Assembly: GCF_022539665.2 (NCBI RefSeq) | Contig: NC_081334.1 | Coordinates: 2,852,001-2,916,000, forward strand | Source: Daphnia carinata | Taxonomy: Eukaryota | Length of the DNA: 64,000 bases | Direction of reading: 5' to 3' | Part shown: one piece after another, positions 10,608-23,000 of the stretch | Position numbering within the stretch: position 1 is the stretch's first letter | Layout of the letters: the number at the start of each line of letters is the position of its first letter | Position numbers and translations under genes: made by a program | Notes under the pieces: generated by a model | Seen by the model: the letters and a program-made list of their open reading frames with translations, nothing else | The model's database searches: none | What the model was told of the DNA's origin: nothing

Positions 10608-13600
10608 TTAAAGAAAAATGCAATTCCAGTATCGATTGTTAGGTCTAGGAGGGACGACGGGCGTCGGGTTGTGAACGCCGGCCTTCGATACAATGGCATC
10701 GTCGCATTGTTCCGCACCAGCGGCCATTAATTGGGGCGAGACGTCCGTCGAGACGGACGCTCTAGCGCTGACGAGGAACCAAGACTGATCGAACGCCGAA
10801 TGATCGGGCACCGTTTGTTTGCTGTCATCGTCCGCCGCCGGAGGATGGCAGACGGCCGACGGATCATCAACGAGAGCCGGCGATTCATCAACGCTGTCCA
10901 ATTCCATCATGCGATTGATCAAACGATTGTCGGCTATGATTGTGGCGTGCTTGATGTGACTCAACCTGATGTTGCTGGCCGCATCAGCCGCTTGCAGTTC
11001 CAAACGCGGTAGGCTCTCGCTGCGCTGCTGCGGTTGCTGGACCGCGTCCGTCGGGTGGAGCCGCGATTTAGCCTGACGCGGCAATCGGCGTCCAGTCGGC
11101 CCTTTGGCTCTTTGTTTCGTCATGCAATCCAAATGCTCTCCGGCATTGACTAGCGAAATGGAAGCGTCCGCTTCGTTCGCCTTTATCTGCTGGAAAAATT
11201 AAAAAAAAAAAAAATTCGAATACATTTGAGTTAAAGCAACACATTCTCTATGCGATTAACCTTTAAAAAGATAGTGAATTTTCAAAGTCATAAAATAGGT
11301 GATAAAAAAAAATGGGTAAACAAAAATGTCATAGGGCGGCCTGAACGGGTCGCATGATGATAACGTCAACTCGATGAAATTTGTTCCAGGGATTATTGGA
11401 AATCCCTTTTTCTTTTTTTTTTTTTTGGGGGGGGGGATATAAAAAAAAAATCTAAAAGCTTTTCATTGTGGATCATTTTTTTCCCCTGTTTGTAGCTGAT
11501 TGGAAAATTGAGCACGGCGATAGATCTTTGGTCGCATCATCAATTTCTTCAGTACTGGCCGTTCATTGTTATTGTTGTATGTACCTTATCTCTTTGACTT
11601 TTCTCGGAGGTTTATTATTATTTTTCCACCCAATAGTTTCACATCTGTCTTTTGCGAACGCACAGCATTGAAATCGATCGACGCCACCGGCTTTCAATAG
11701 TTTCTTTCACCCCCCAACCCGAACGATCCGAGCCCGCTTCCATATAATAATAGCCCCATGTATTTGTACACATACAGAGTCGTCTGTATGTGTGTATGTG
11801 TGTGAGGGGGTTGCGGGATAAATCTCACGACGGAGGCAGGGTAAATCTATGGGGCTGAAGGGAAGGTCGTATTAGAAAAAAAAATGAAATATATCGATTT
11901 AGATTTCCTTCTATCATAGATGGAAGCATATTGCGAATAAGAGATGTAGACCTTCGAGTTTACACAGGGAATCCCTTTCTTGCTAGGTACACATCGACCC
12001 TTTGAAACAAAATCTATTTGTTTTGTCTTCATCGATCTGGGACCCGAAGTTTTGCTCAAATGTTTTCTTCTTAATTCCATCAAGTCTTATCCGCGGGGTA
12101 GGATAGGTCGATAGTTTGCCGATATCGATTAACGATCGGTGAAAGCCCCTCTTTTCTAATTTATCCTTCAGACAACATCCTAGCGCTTTATTTAGTTCCA
12201 AAAAAAGAGGGGAGAGAATGAACGCATCAGCTTAATGACCGACGGCCTGCAATTGCGCTGAATCTGATAATCAATTAAAGATCGATTTGAAAAAAAAACC
12301 AGCATCTGCGACACCCCATCACGCGCCTGCCTATCACGAGCACATGATGACGTCATCAAAGACATTAAGGACGGGTGTGTGCGCACGTAACTACTAAAGA
12401 AAAAGAAAAAAAACCTAACGCACGATTATGCAAAAGGATCGTGTCTCTTTTAAAAAATGAGAAAAAAAAAAAAATGTCCGTGCGGACCGGTCATCCGGCT
12501 CATCTGCCCAGCACTTACTACGACCAGTTATTCGAAGAGAACTGAAGAATTTGCTCACCTCGGTCGTCGATACATCAGATGATGGTTGGCTTTTGAAGTT
12601 TTTGGCAGGCTGACTGTTTTGGCCGTCCCGCAGGGTCGTCATGGCCGACCGGATCTGGCTGATCCACTCGTTCATTTCTTTGGCAGTCTCGGCCGACAGG
12701 TACAGACGCCCCTACACGGGTGTGAACGCACACACACATAAAAAGAAAAAGGTGAGCTTTGGTGGCTGGAATATGACCATCTATGGCCCTGCTGGAACTC
12801 TTGTAAAAAAAAACATGAGATTTTTTAAAATTAAAAGAAGAAAAAAAAATCATCTATTACCGTGTCGAAGAAAGATTTTTCAATCTCGGACGAGCTGATG
12901 ACCAGAACATTGGAAGCGGTTTTGATGCCTTTGGCTTCTTCACAAATGTCGTAGCCATCCAGGTCGACGTAGTGACTTGTCTTGTCGCGGTAATGCTGAT
13001 GACCCTGATTTTCCTTAAATGGAGGGGAAAGAGAAAAAGAGATTGTTTTGCCAAACCCAATCAAAACTCATTTCTTTTTCTTTTATTTTAAAATAGAGAT
13101 TCTTAAATATGCGCAAGTCCATTCTTCGGAGCAGGAAAGTAGATCAATTGATCGCAAAACTGGAACCAGTTTCCCCCCCAAATGTAGACTAAACATTTTT
13201 CCTACTAAATAATTTCAATTTTTGGCACTTTAATCTGGGCAGGGGGTAACAACCCGTTTGTCGTCATTCAACTTTCCCCACATATTTTCTTTTTTTTTTC
13301 AAATGTAAAACGCCGGTTTTTTTTTTTTAAATTCCCGCGTGCCCAAACGCAAGTAAGGTGATGATTTCTATACAACTTCCCCCATTTCTAACGCACACGC
13401 AGCTGACGATGTTCCAAAAAAGGTTAGCAGCTCCCTCCAAAAACAAAATAAAAAAATAAAGCGGAAGTCAAACATTGTACTCGAGGGGTCTTGCCCGTCC
13501 CGATTGCATCATCACCTTTTACTCTTTTCATTTTACCCGAAACAAAAAAAAAAAATCCTATAAGAGGTGTTGCAACAATGAAGAGTCTCTACTTTTTATT

Positions 13601-13771
13601 AGGAAAAAGAAAAACATGACGTACCTCCTTGAGCTGATAGTAATAAAGTCGACGTCCGTCTAGGACGCAATAGCGTCGTTTCCATGATCCCGGTGCCAAG
13701 AGTCCTTTGCCGCTCAGCTGCATAAGAGGCCCGTCGTGTTGAACGACCGGCCCGGGAGCCACGGGCGGAGG
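10608..13771 (-). CDS. PH-domain protein with capping-protein-interaction (CPI)-like motif, CKIP-1/PLEKHO-like
   Basis: Phase-0 exons 13771-13625 (HDGPLMQLSGKGLLAPGSWKRRYCVLDGRRLYYY), 13013-12861, 12711-12559 (GRLYLSAETAKEMNEWISQIRSAM, PH C-terminal helix) and 11189-10608 (LDCMTKQRAKGPTGRRLP). Candidate first exon 15135-15037 (ATG..DK|gt, phase 0) is less certain. Confidence 0.8.
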
Positions 13772-16700
13772 CTAAAAAATGCAATAAAATAATGTTAATT
13801 CAATTCCAAAAAAAAAAAAAAAAAAATGCGCTAATAATGCCGTAGGGCAATCAATCAAGACACACATAGTTCAATGAATATATTTTAAAAAAAAAAGGGG
13901 GGGGAGAGAGGTTTATGGCGTCCTAGTTGCAAGGAGCCCATCTGAAAATGACGCCATTTTCGAAAACTAGACTACAACACTGGCGCCCCTCTTTTTTTTT
14001 TTTTTCTTGGCAAAATAGAACACGTCGGGTGATTGTCGAATGATGTCCTCTCACTGTGTCTAGAAAAGACTACGCATCGCTAAACTCCAAAAGGAAATGA
14101 GAAGATGGCCGACATTCCGTCGGTCCCTCCGATGATGAGAAAACGCCAGAGAAACACACACGCTCACGTAAAAATATGTTTCAGAGATACGGATGAAAAA
14201 AAAAAAAAAGAAACAGGAAGTTAGGGAGGGGTTGGCTGCATTTCGAACGCGGGTACAGAAGAAGAAGGAAGCGAGCGAACGCGCGTTTTTTCAAATCATT
14301 CCGGAACGCCAACCAAGAGAGATATTCACGAACCTAAATGAGAAAGCGACGAACGGTGGACCCTGTGCCCCATCGCGTTCAAAAAAAAAAAAAATCTATT
14401 TCAGAAGGGGGGGAGGTGGGGATAAGGAAAAAGAAAAACGAAAATAGCGACAGACAGTGATGTAGAACAGGGTAACAAAAAAAAACAAAAAAAATGGGCA
14501 AAAAAAACTGGAAATAGTTGACATTCTTTTGAAGGAAGAAAATGACTGTTACCGGAGCACGTTACGTGTGCACATGTTCCCATCCCCACTCCCGAAAGGA
14601 ATGTATTTTAAATTCCCATTTAATTTTAATTGATTTTTTTCAGTGTAAAAATTAAGTGGACTTGCACAATTGAATGATTTTAGACAGTTCAATTGTACAT
14701 CACGGCAGCTTTTAAAAGAACGGAAGCCGGAAATCGGGATAAAAAAAAGGTCATTTCAATCATAAATCTTTACTTTTTTTTTTTTTTTTAATGTAATAGG
14801 CCGGCACAGTCCGGTCTATTTTTTCCCCCCCGTTAAACCGTGGACTTGTCGTGAACGATCGCAAAAAAATAACGGCCGTTCTTCTCGTATTCCCGCGGTC
14901 GTACCAAACAACGGCGCCCCTCTAATAAACGCACACCTCCCGCTTGTCTTTTTTTTTTCTCGCTCGCAATATATATATAAAAAAAAAAAAAAGAAACACG
15001 CTAGACTGTAGTGACGTCAAAGATAACATTTTTTACTTTATCTCGGGCGAAATTGGGTAGAAGCAGAACGGAACGAGATTTCCACTGACGTCCGATGGCG
15101 TGATGCGTCCGCGCTTGAACAGCCACGTCTTCCATGATGATCAAAATGGCCAGTCGCAAAATTTAAAAACACGCAATTTTTTTTTTTTTTCACGTTTCAA
15201 AAATCACGAGCACCGGTCCAAGAGAGATACAAAAAAACAAAAAAACTTGCGCAAGTCTTGACGATCAGCTCGCGACTGATGTACACGTAAACGCGTGTGT
15301 GTGTGTCTTTCTCCTTTCTCGCTCTCCCTTTCTTCTTTTTTTTTTTTCCTATCTCTATCTGCGGTGAAAATGCTCACGCTCTCTCCTCCGCCAAGGGAGC
15401 TGGTTTCGGTTGCCTCTCTTTTTTTTTTTTTTTTTTTTACAAGTCCCTGATGGCTGCCGTTTGTGGCTGGAAACAAACAAATCAGCTCGAGACAAGCAGA
15501 GAGAGAGCGAGTGAAGGCAGGTGACGGAGGAGGAGGCAACCCAACTCTTAACGACACACAACGGCGGAAGGATCCAGGAAGCAGATGTCGTCTGTATAGC
15601 CTTTTTTTTTTTTTTTTTTTTTTTTTTGGAGGAGGGAGGGCTCTTTGCCCTTATCCCGCCCGCTACTGTAACATCCACCCTCTTCTTCTTCTTTTTGCTT
15701 TCCGGCCAGTAGACCTGCTCCCAGCCCAAACGAAAGAGAAAGAATGTTGTTGTTGTTGTTGTTTTTTTTTTTTTTAGAGGGCAGGGGTGGGCTGAAAATA
15801 AAAATGTTTTTTATGTGTGCGTGTGTTTTTTTTTTCTTCACACCCCCCGAAGAACCCCGTCTTTCGACAACACACGCAAGCGGTACTCGTTATTAGGCTC
15901 GTTGTTTGCCCTTCTTTTGACTCGCGATAGGTGTAAGTACGATCCATCCATATAAATAAATACGGCCGTCACATTTGACGGATGCCTTCCATCTATTAAA
16001 CTCTAAGTACCTAACAAAAAGAAAAAGAAGGGGGGGAGAGAAAAACAATCAGAGTCGAAGATGGGGATAGGATCAAGTCTAAAGGAGACAATCAATGGAT
16101 GAAGAGCTTTATAGAGCTCCGCTCCGCCCCCCACCCAAATGCTATTCATATTGGTGATGTACTTAGAGGAGCTTTGCAATAATAAAAGAGGAGAATCCAA
16201 GCCGACAAGGAGGTCGTTCAACCGATGATTCACGAAAAAAGAAAAGAAACAAAATAATGCTTCAAGGATCGTGTGTGTGCGTTGAAAGAGATGGGAGAAC
16301 AAACAACAGTAAAGAAGCCAATCAATAAACGGCAACAAAAGAATCTCGGGTTCGATTCTGTTGTTATGCAAATCTTTTTTGCATTTTTTTTTAAGGACGA
16401 ATTGAAAAATGTTAACATTGCGTGTCCCGTCTAACACTCCCCGTTACTTATTTTCATTTTATCGATCTAATTGCATACCGTGTGTGCGTCAGAACAGCAG
16501 TAATGAACGAGCAATCGACTGAAACGCCAATCGCAGATAAGGAAAACAAAAAGAAAAGAGAAAACGTAATGTGTTTTTGTACCTTTTTTCTCACAAAAAA
16601 AAAAGAAATTAAGTAAGAGAGAGGCCGAGGCGAGTTCAGCTTTGCTCGATCAAGTTACTTGATAAGGAAAACCATCAAAGCGAGACGGGGGTGCGGTCGC

Positions 16701-19700
16701 ATGGCTGCAATGCCTCGGGGAAACTCTTTCTGCTTGGTCAATCTCGAAAGAGGACTTCTTTGCTTCAACGATTTGATCTAAAAGCATCTGGTCTATAGAT
16801 TGACGTGATCAATCTAACGATAGGGTGAAAAAAAAAACGTCCAGGTCACTAGGCACGAGAGATGATTGCGTCGGTCAATAACGCGAGCACAAACTTGATG
16901 TTTTCTTCGTCCACGAACACGACTGGCCTTTGCAGCAAAACATCGTCCTGGACAACGAAATCCCGCCAAAACGTTTGATCGATATGATCGTTTTTAGAAA
17001 AACAAAAACTACGTTTGATATCGATAAATGTTGTTAGGTGCCGGCAGGGGAGGGGGGAAACCTTGCATTCCAAATTTGGTCATTTGTACGAAAAGAACAA
17101 CAAGATGGAAGTTTTAAAAATAACAGAAGGTAACAATCACGAACGAGCCATTTATGGCTAAGAACTTCAACAACAATATTGGCAGCCTAACAAAATAAAT
17201 GACGACGTCATCCATTTTTTGTTTTCAAGTACTTGCAATGAATTGCGAAATAGCCTCCCCCCCCCCCCAACACACAGATAAAACGTCGTCTGCTGTGCTT
17301 ACTTTTTTTAGGGGGGAAAAGAAAACAAAATTCGTTTTTAAATTGTACATTTCCTGCCTTAATAATGTAAACTATTTTTTCCCCGTCTAAAAAGCACGTT
17401 TCTTAACTAGATTTCAAGAGCAATCACTTACCAGAGTGTTGACGGCTGGCATTTTCCCCTCGCACTGAAACGCACACACTCGACAGAGAGCACAGACACG
17501 AGGGCAAAACCAAAGTGTCACAACGTCAAAAATAAATTCCTTTTTTTTATGATATGCACAGCTAATGATAAGAGAAGGAAAAAAGAAAAGGAATTTTAGG
17601 GTTTTCCGGTTACCGGATGCAACACTTGGTAATAATAAAAAAAATTTTAATAAAATTGACACCAAAAAAAACCCTTAAAAATTGATATTTTGTGTATCGA
17701 GGGGGCGTGACCACACATCAACACTGAAACGAAAAACAAAAGAAAAAAAAAGGGGGGGGGGAGGGGAAATGATCGATCAATGATCGTCGAAAAAGAAATG
17801 ATGAATGATGCACGCCACAACCGTCAGAAAGGACAAGATGAAAATCACGACCAGGGCAATCATCCACGGATCCATTGAAACTTCCTTTTTTTTTCTTTAA
17901 CAAAAGATAACCAAAACAATTGCAGACGAATTTTTCTTTTGCTTAAACCCCTCCCCCCAAAACAAAACAAAAAAAAAAGGCGCCAAAAATTTAAATAGAC
18001 ATGACTTCGCGCGTGTTTCTCTTCATTTGAATCGCGAACCAAAGACAAATGCAAAATGGCGTCAGGTGTGTGGAAGAACCAGTCGAGTCGGTGGTTGCCT
18101 CCAGACTGGGCCTTTTTCTTTTTTTCCAAACTCTTCGTCTCTCTCTCTCCTCTTCCTACCCTCCTCTTTTCGTTCGCGTGCGCACGACTTTCCCCGCCAC
18201 TCACGCTGCGCGGCCAAATGATTACACCAGCGAGACGGGCGGGGTATTTTTCTTCATTTTTTGTGTGTGTGTTTGGCTAACAAGGACACACGAGCAACAG
18301 CATCTGAAATCGGGTGCTGTATATATATATATATATATATCTGTGTCACAAGCGAACAACACCCATTCGATTGTTGGACCATTTTCTTCACGTCCGTTTG
18401 TAATCTAATAAATGCACACATTTAATTAAATTTTTTTTTAAAGAGAGGGGGGATTACGGTTGATCGCTTCGTTACGGTACTCGATTTGTTCATTGCTGTG
18501 GTCACGCTCACGAAAAAAAAGCTATCAACTTCCTACGTGTCACGCTGAGTTTAAATTTTTCCCAGCTCTGATTTCTCTTGTTTCACGTTCAAAGACTCCC
18601 GTTGCGCTTGTATAATAAACAAACCACGTGAGCTATCCACTAGGTGGCTGATGATTCATCGTCCAGCCGACGACGTTCACATTTGTCCGCCATTTTGTGG
18701 GGGGCTAAGTCCAATGGAACTCGATTTCCAAAAAATCTTGATTGTATTTTTGTGTGGTTGATGGTGTGAATTTTTTTTTTTTTTTTTTCAATCATATTTA
18801 ACAAGCGTACGAGGAGGGCGGGAATTTCAAAAAAATGACATACACACACCGAAAAAAAAAGGGAGGGGGGTTGGGTTAGTTTGCGGTCATGAGGGAAGTG
18901 AGGACGCGATATCAAGTGAAGACGCCGAAAATGAAACAACATGGGACATATGAAAAAAAAAATGTGTTTTTACGTTATTCCCGGATTTTGACAAAAAAGA
19001 AATGACGAAAGGGGGAGGAAGAAAGCGAGGCGCGGCATTTAAGAATCACACACAAGAGCACACACACACCGTAATGTCACATTTCAAGAAATCAACATTT
19101 TTCGTGGCAAAATGTTGCGCGTTATCGACAAAAGAAAATATTTAAAAACGCACAAGAGAAACAAATTTTTTTTTTCCTGTTTTACATAAGACAAAAAAGA
19201 ACATGGCAACGTGCGCGCGCACAATTCAAATATTCCGACTGGAAAAAAAATTTACGAATTATACGTTTTGTACACGAGAAACGAATGAGTTCTACATTTT
19301 TCATCAACATTTTTGTTTGTTTTTTTTTTTTTTTGCATCAATTATTTGTTTTTTTTTTCATTTAGATTAGAAAGATGAATAGAAAAGAGGCCGCCACCGA
19401 ATGAGTTTTGTCATCAAGAATTGGGGTTGAGGAGGGACGTCGCCCTATGTAATTTCCTTTGTTTAAAAAAAAAAAAAATTGCCAATTCGCAAATTGATTT
19501 TTCAATTTAAAATTTAAAAAAAAAATCGAGAAAATGAATTCTTTTGATAAGAGCGTGCCCAGCGCAGGGAGAGGTATATCACAAAGGTGAGAAAACGCAA
19601 ACAACAAAAAAAAACTCATTTTTTTTTTGTTATTATTATTTTTTTTTTTTACCTTAAATTAAATTGCGCGCGCAAAGAAAAAAAAAATCCCTAAACACAC

Positions 19701-20035
19701 ACACACACGCGAATGGCTCCCTGGATATCCTATCTTTACACAACAACGACACACTGAGAAAAATATAATAATTAAGCGACAAAAAAATGGATGCTGTACA
19801 AGCGCGCGAGCGCAGAGAAGGACGAGGTGTGTGTGTTTATGCGCGTGTGTGTGTGTGTGTATAGGCAGCGTGAATAAAGAAGACGTTTTTTAAAAAAAAG
19901 GTAGACCGAAAGCGAAGAGAGGAGAACCCCAAAAGAGATCACTTGCGTGCGTGCGGGCGATAGCTAACACGGAGGATGAAACGATGATGTAATAATATAA
20001 TAATAATATTAATAATAATAATATTTTTTGTTTAT

Positions 20036-23000
20036 CTAGGGCCGAAGCAAAGGTTTAGGGCCGCCAAAGGGCGATCCGGAAGGCGGATACTGATGATGAG
20101 TTGAAGCGGCTAGCGAAGGCGGGAGAAATCCGGCAGACGATGGCGGTAGGGGCGGAGGTCCAGGTGGGCCCGCGTTCAGCAGAGAGCGTGACGCGTTGTT
20201 GGGTCCCATCGACGGTGAGCGACGGTCCATGTTCATCGACATTTTACCCATGGGGCCGGCACCGGTGGGCGTCGTCGATGAATTGGGTGGGGCCAGGCCG
20301 AGACCCCCGGAGCCCATGGCCATTTGGCCCTTGTCGTGTCCGACAGCTGGAGAGGCAGGTGGTGACTTCATGGCCCGTTCGGCCAGCTCGTGAATTTTGT
20401 GCTGTTGCGATTGCGATTGCTGAGAACCCGCACCCGAGGGCGGACCCGAACTGGCCGGTGGTCCGCCACCTTGCTGGACAGACGACGGTGGAGGTGGACC
20501 GGCCAAAGAGGCATAGTACTGGTTGGCTTGATGTTGAAGCATTTCCAGCGCGTGCGCCCGACTCAAGTCTTCGCCCGATGGACCGGGAAATCCACCGGGA
20601 CCCGACGGGTAGCCGCGCATTCCCGGCGACAACTGGTGCGGATGGTGCGGTATACCAAACGGAGACGGTCCATTCCTCGGGTCGGGGCCGAACGGATTGT
20701 GAGGCGAACTGCCCAACATGGTGGCCATCGTGTTGCGATAGGCTGGATGCGAAGGATCAAAAGGCAATCCGTACGGATACAAGTTGGGATACATGCCGTA
20801 AGGTGACAGGCCAGAGCCGGGCGGAGGTCCCGGAGGAGGTGGCGGTCCGTGAGTTTCCATCGTCGGTTTGACACCTTCAGAGATCTTTTCGTTGGGCCTT
20901 TGCTGTTGTTGTTGTTGCTCCTTGTCCCTTTGCTCCTGTTTGCGATCGACGGACGGCGGCCGCAATTTCGGGCTGGACGCCGAGCTGGGCATCGACGACG
21001 ATGATTTGGACGAAGCCGATGACTTGCGCGGTTGTTGTTGTTGCTGCTGTTGTTGTTGGTGCTGCTGCTGCTGTTGTTGTTGATGCTGCTGCTGGAGGTG
21101 TTGGTGAATGGCCTGATTTTGAATGTGTTGTTGCATCTGCTGCTGGTTGTGTTGTTGCTGATGGTGTTGCTGGAGCTGATGTTGTTGCAACTGATGCTGC
21201 AATTGCTGCTGGAACTGTTGTTGCTGTTGGATTTGCTGCTGCTGTTGAATGTGATGTTGAATCTGCTGCAATTGCTGTTGCTGCTGGTTATGCTGATGTT
21301 GTTGTTGTTGCTGTTGTTGCTGCTGCTGCTGCTGTTGGTGCATCATCTGCTGTTGCGTTGGAGGTTGTTGAGGATCTAACGGAGAACCTTTGGGACCATT
21401 GACCATCCATCCTGGTCCAGGTGGTCCTCCAGAACCTGGCGAGTTCATGGGAGGCTGGAACATGCTCATACCTGGCGGACCAGGGCCGGGCCCCAGCATC
21501 GGATCGTCCCCACCGTAAACGTTATAGAAACGACGCAGCTCCTCTTGATGTTGCCGTTGTTGCTGTTGGTATAGCATTGCCGGATCGAAAGCAGCGGGAC
21601 CCCCTTGTGGTCCAGCTCCGGGCATACCAGGTGGACCTAGCGGACCAGGACCAGCCGGACCGACAGGTCCGGGAAGTTGCAACGAAGACGGAGGAAGAAT
21701 CTTGTCCGTCGGCGCCATTTTCTTCATTTCCTCTTTAATGGCGTCCTTGGCTGGAACGCCGGCCATGGATGGAAGGACGGACGGATCACTCTTCACTTGC
21801 GGCGGCACGGCAACACTCGACACGCCCATCGGAGGCTTCTTGTCGTCCTTACGGCCCGGACTCGAGTCGATCCTCCGAGGCGAATGGGCCGGCGGGATGC
21901 CCAGCCCTCCTTGATCCGGCGTTTTGCTGGTGGATCGGATGGCCGCAGCAGCATTCGGGTCGATCATGACTGGATCGATTGGATAGGCCGGATAAGGCGG
22001 TATGAATCCGTAGGGTGGTTGATAGAGAGCAGCTGGAACGGGATGACTACTACCACTGCTGCTGCTGCTGGCCGGCAACGAAGGCGGTGGCGCTGCGGGC
22101 GCCTGAGGCTGAATCGTTTTCATTTCCTCTCTGCGCTCTTCCGGCTTGATGAGCCCTTTGGCCGCTGGCTGTTGTTGTTGGTCAGCGGGTGGCAAGAACG
22201 CCGGCTGGCCGTAATACGGGTACATGCTGAACGAGCCCAATGTCGGATGGACAGCAGGTCCCGGCCCAGGGCCGGCCACAGGTGGAAGGGAAGCGGCCGC
22301 ATCGGCCGCCAATTTCTCGGCCACTTTCTTGCTCTCCAATTCGACGTCGAGAAGAGATGGCGACTGATCGTTGGCGTCGGAAATGTCGGAATAAGCCGGA
22401 CTCTGGACCTCCTCACGGGTGGAATCGGTGCCTACTGGGCCGTTAGTGCCTCCACCGATGGCCGTAGACGTACCCACTGCCCCGACGGCAGTAGGATCTG
22501 CAGGCGTGGCAGAGACGGGACTGGACGGATTAGCGACGGCCGGTATCATCGTGTGATACAACGATCCATTGGCCGTCACGGTCATTGCTCCGGGCGATTT
22601 CTTGGCCGAGTGTTCCCTGCGCTCGGTGCGATCGCGATCCTTGTCTTTGCTCTTCTTCTTGTGTTTCGATCTTTCCTTGCGCTCGACCGACTCCGTGTCC
22701 GAGCCCGTCATTTTAGGGGCCGAAGAGCCGACGGCCATGGCCGGACTGCGAGGATTCGGCGTCAGCGTCGTCCACGTCGTCGAAGAGGACGTGACCGTCG
22801 ATGTGGAGGTCACAGCGTTGACGGGCTGAGTGACGATGGGAGTGAAGAGGTGATCAACGGCCGGTTTGTTCGATCCATTGGAGACGGCCAGAGAAGCGTC
22901 GGGCTGTTGTATCACAGACGGGGATGAAGAAGAAGACGCCGGAAGGACGGGACTAGGTGCCGGAAGCCGAGGGCTGCTGGGCTTGGGAGGCTTTTGAGGC

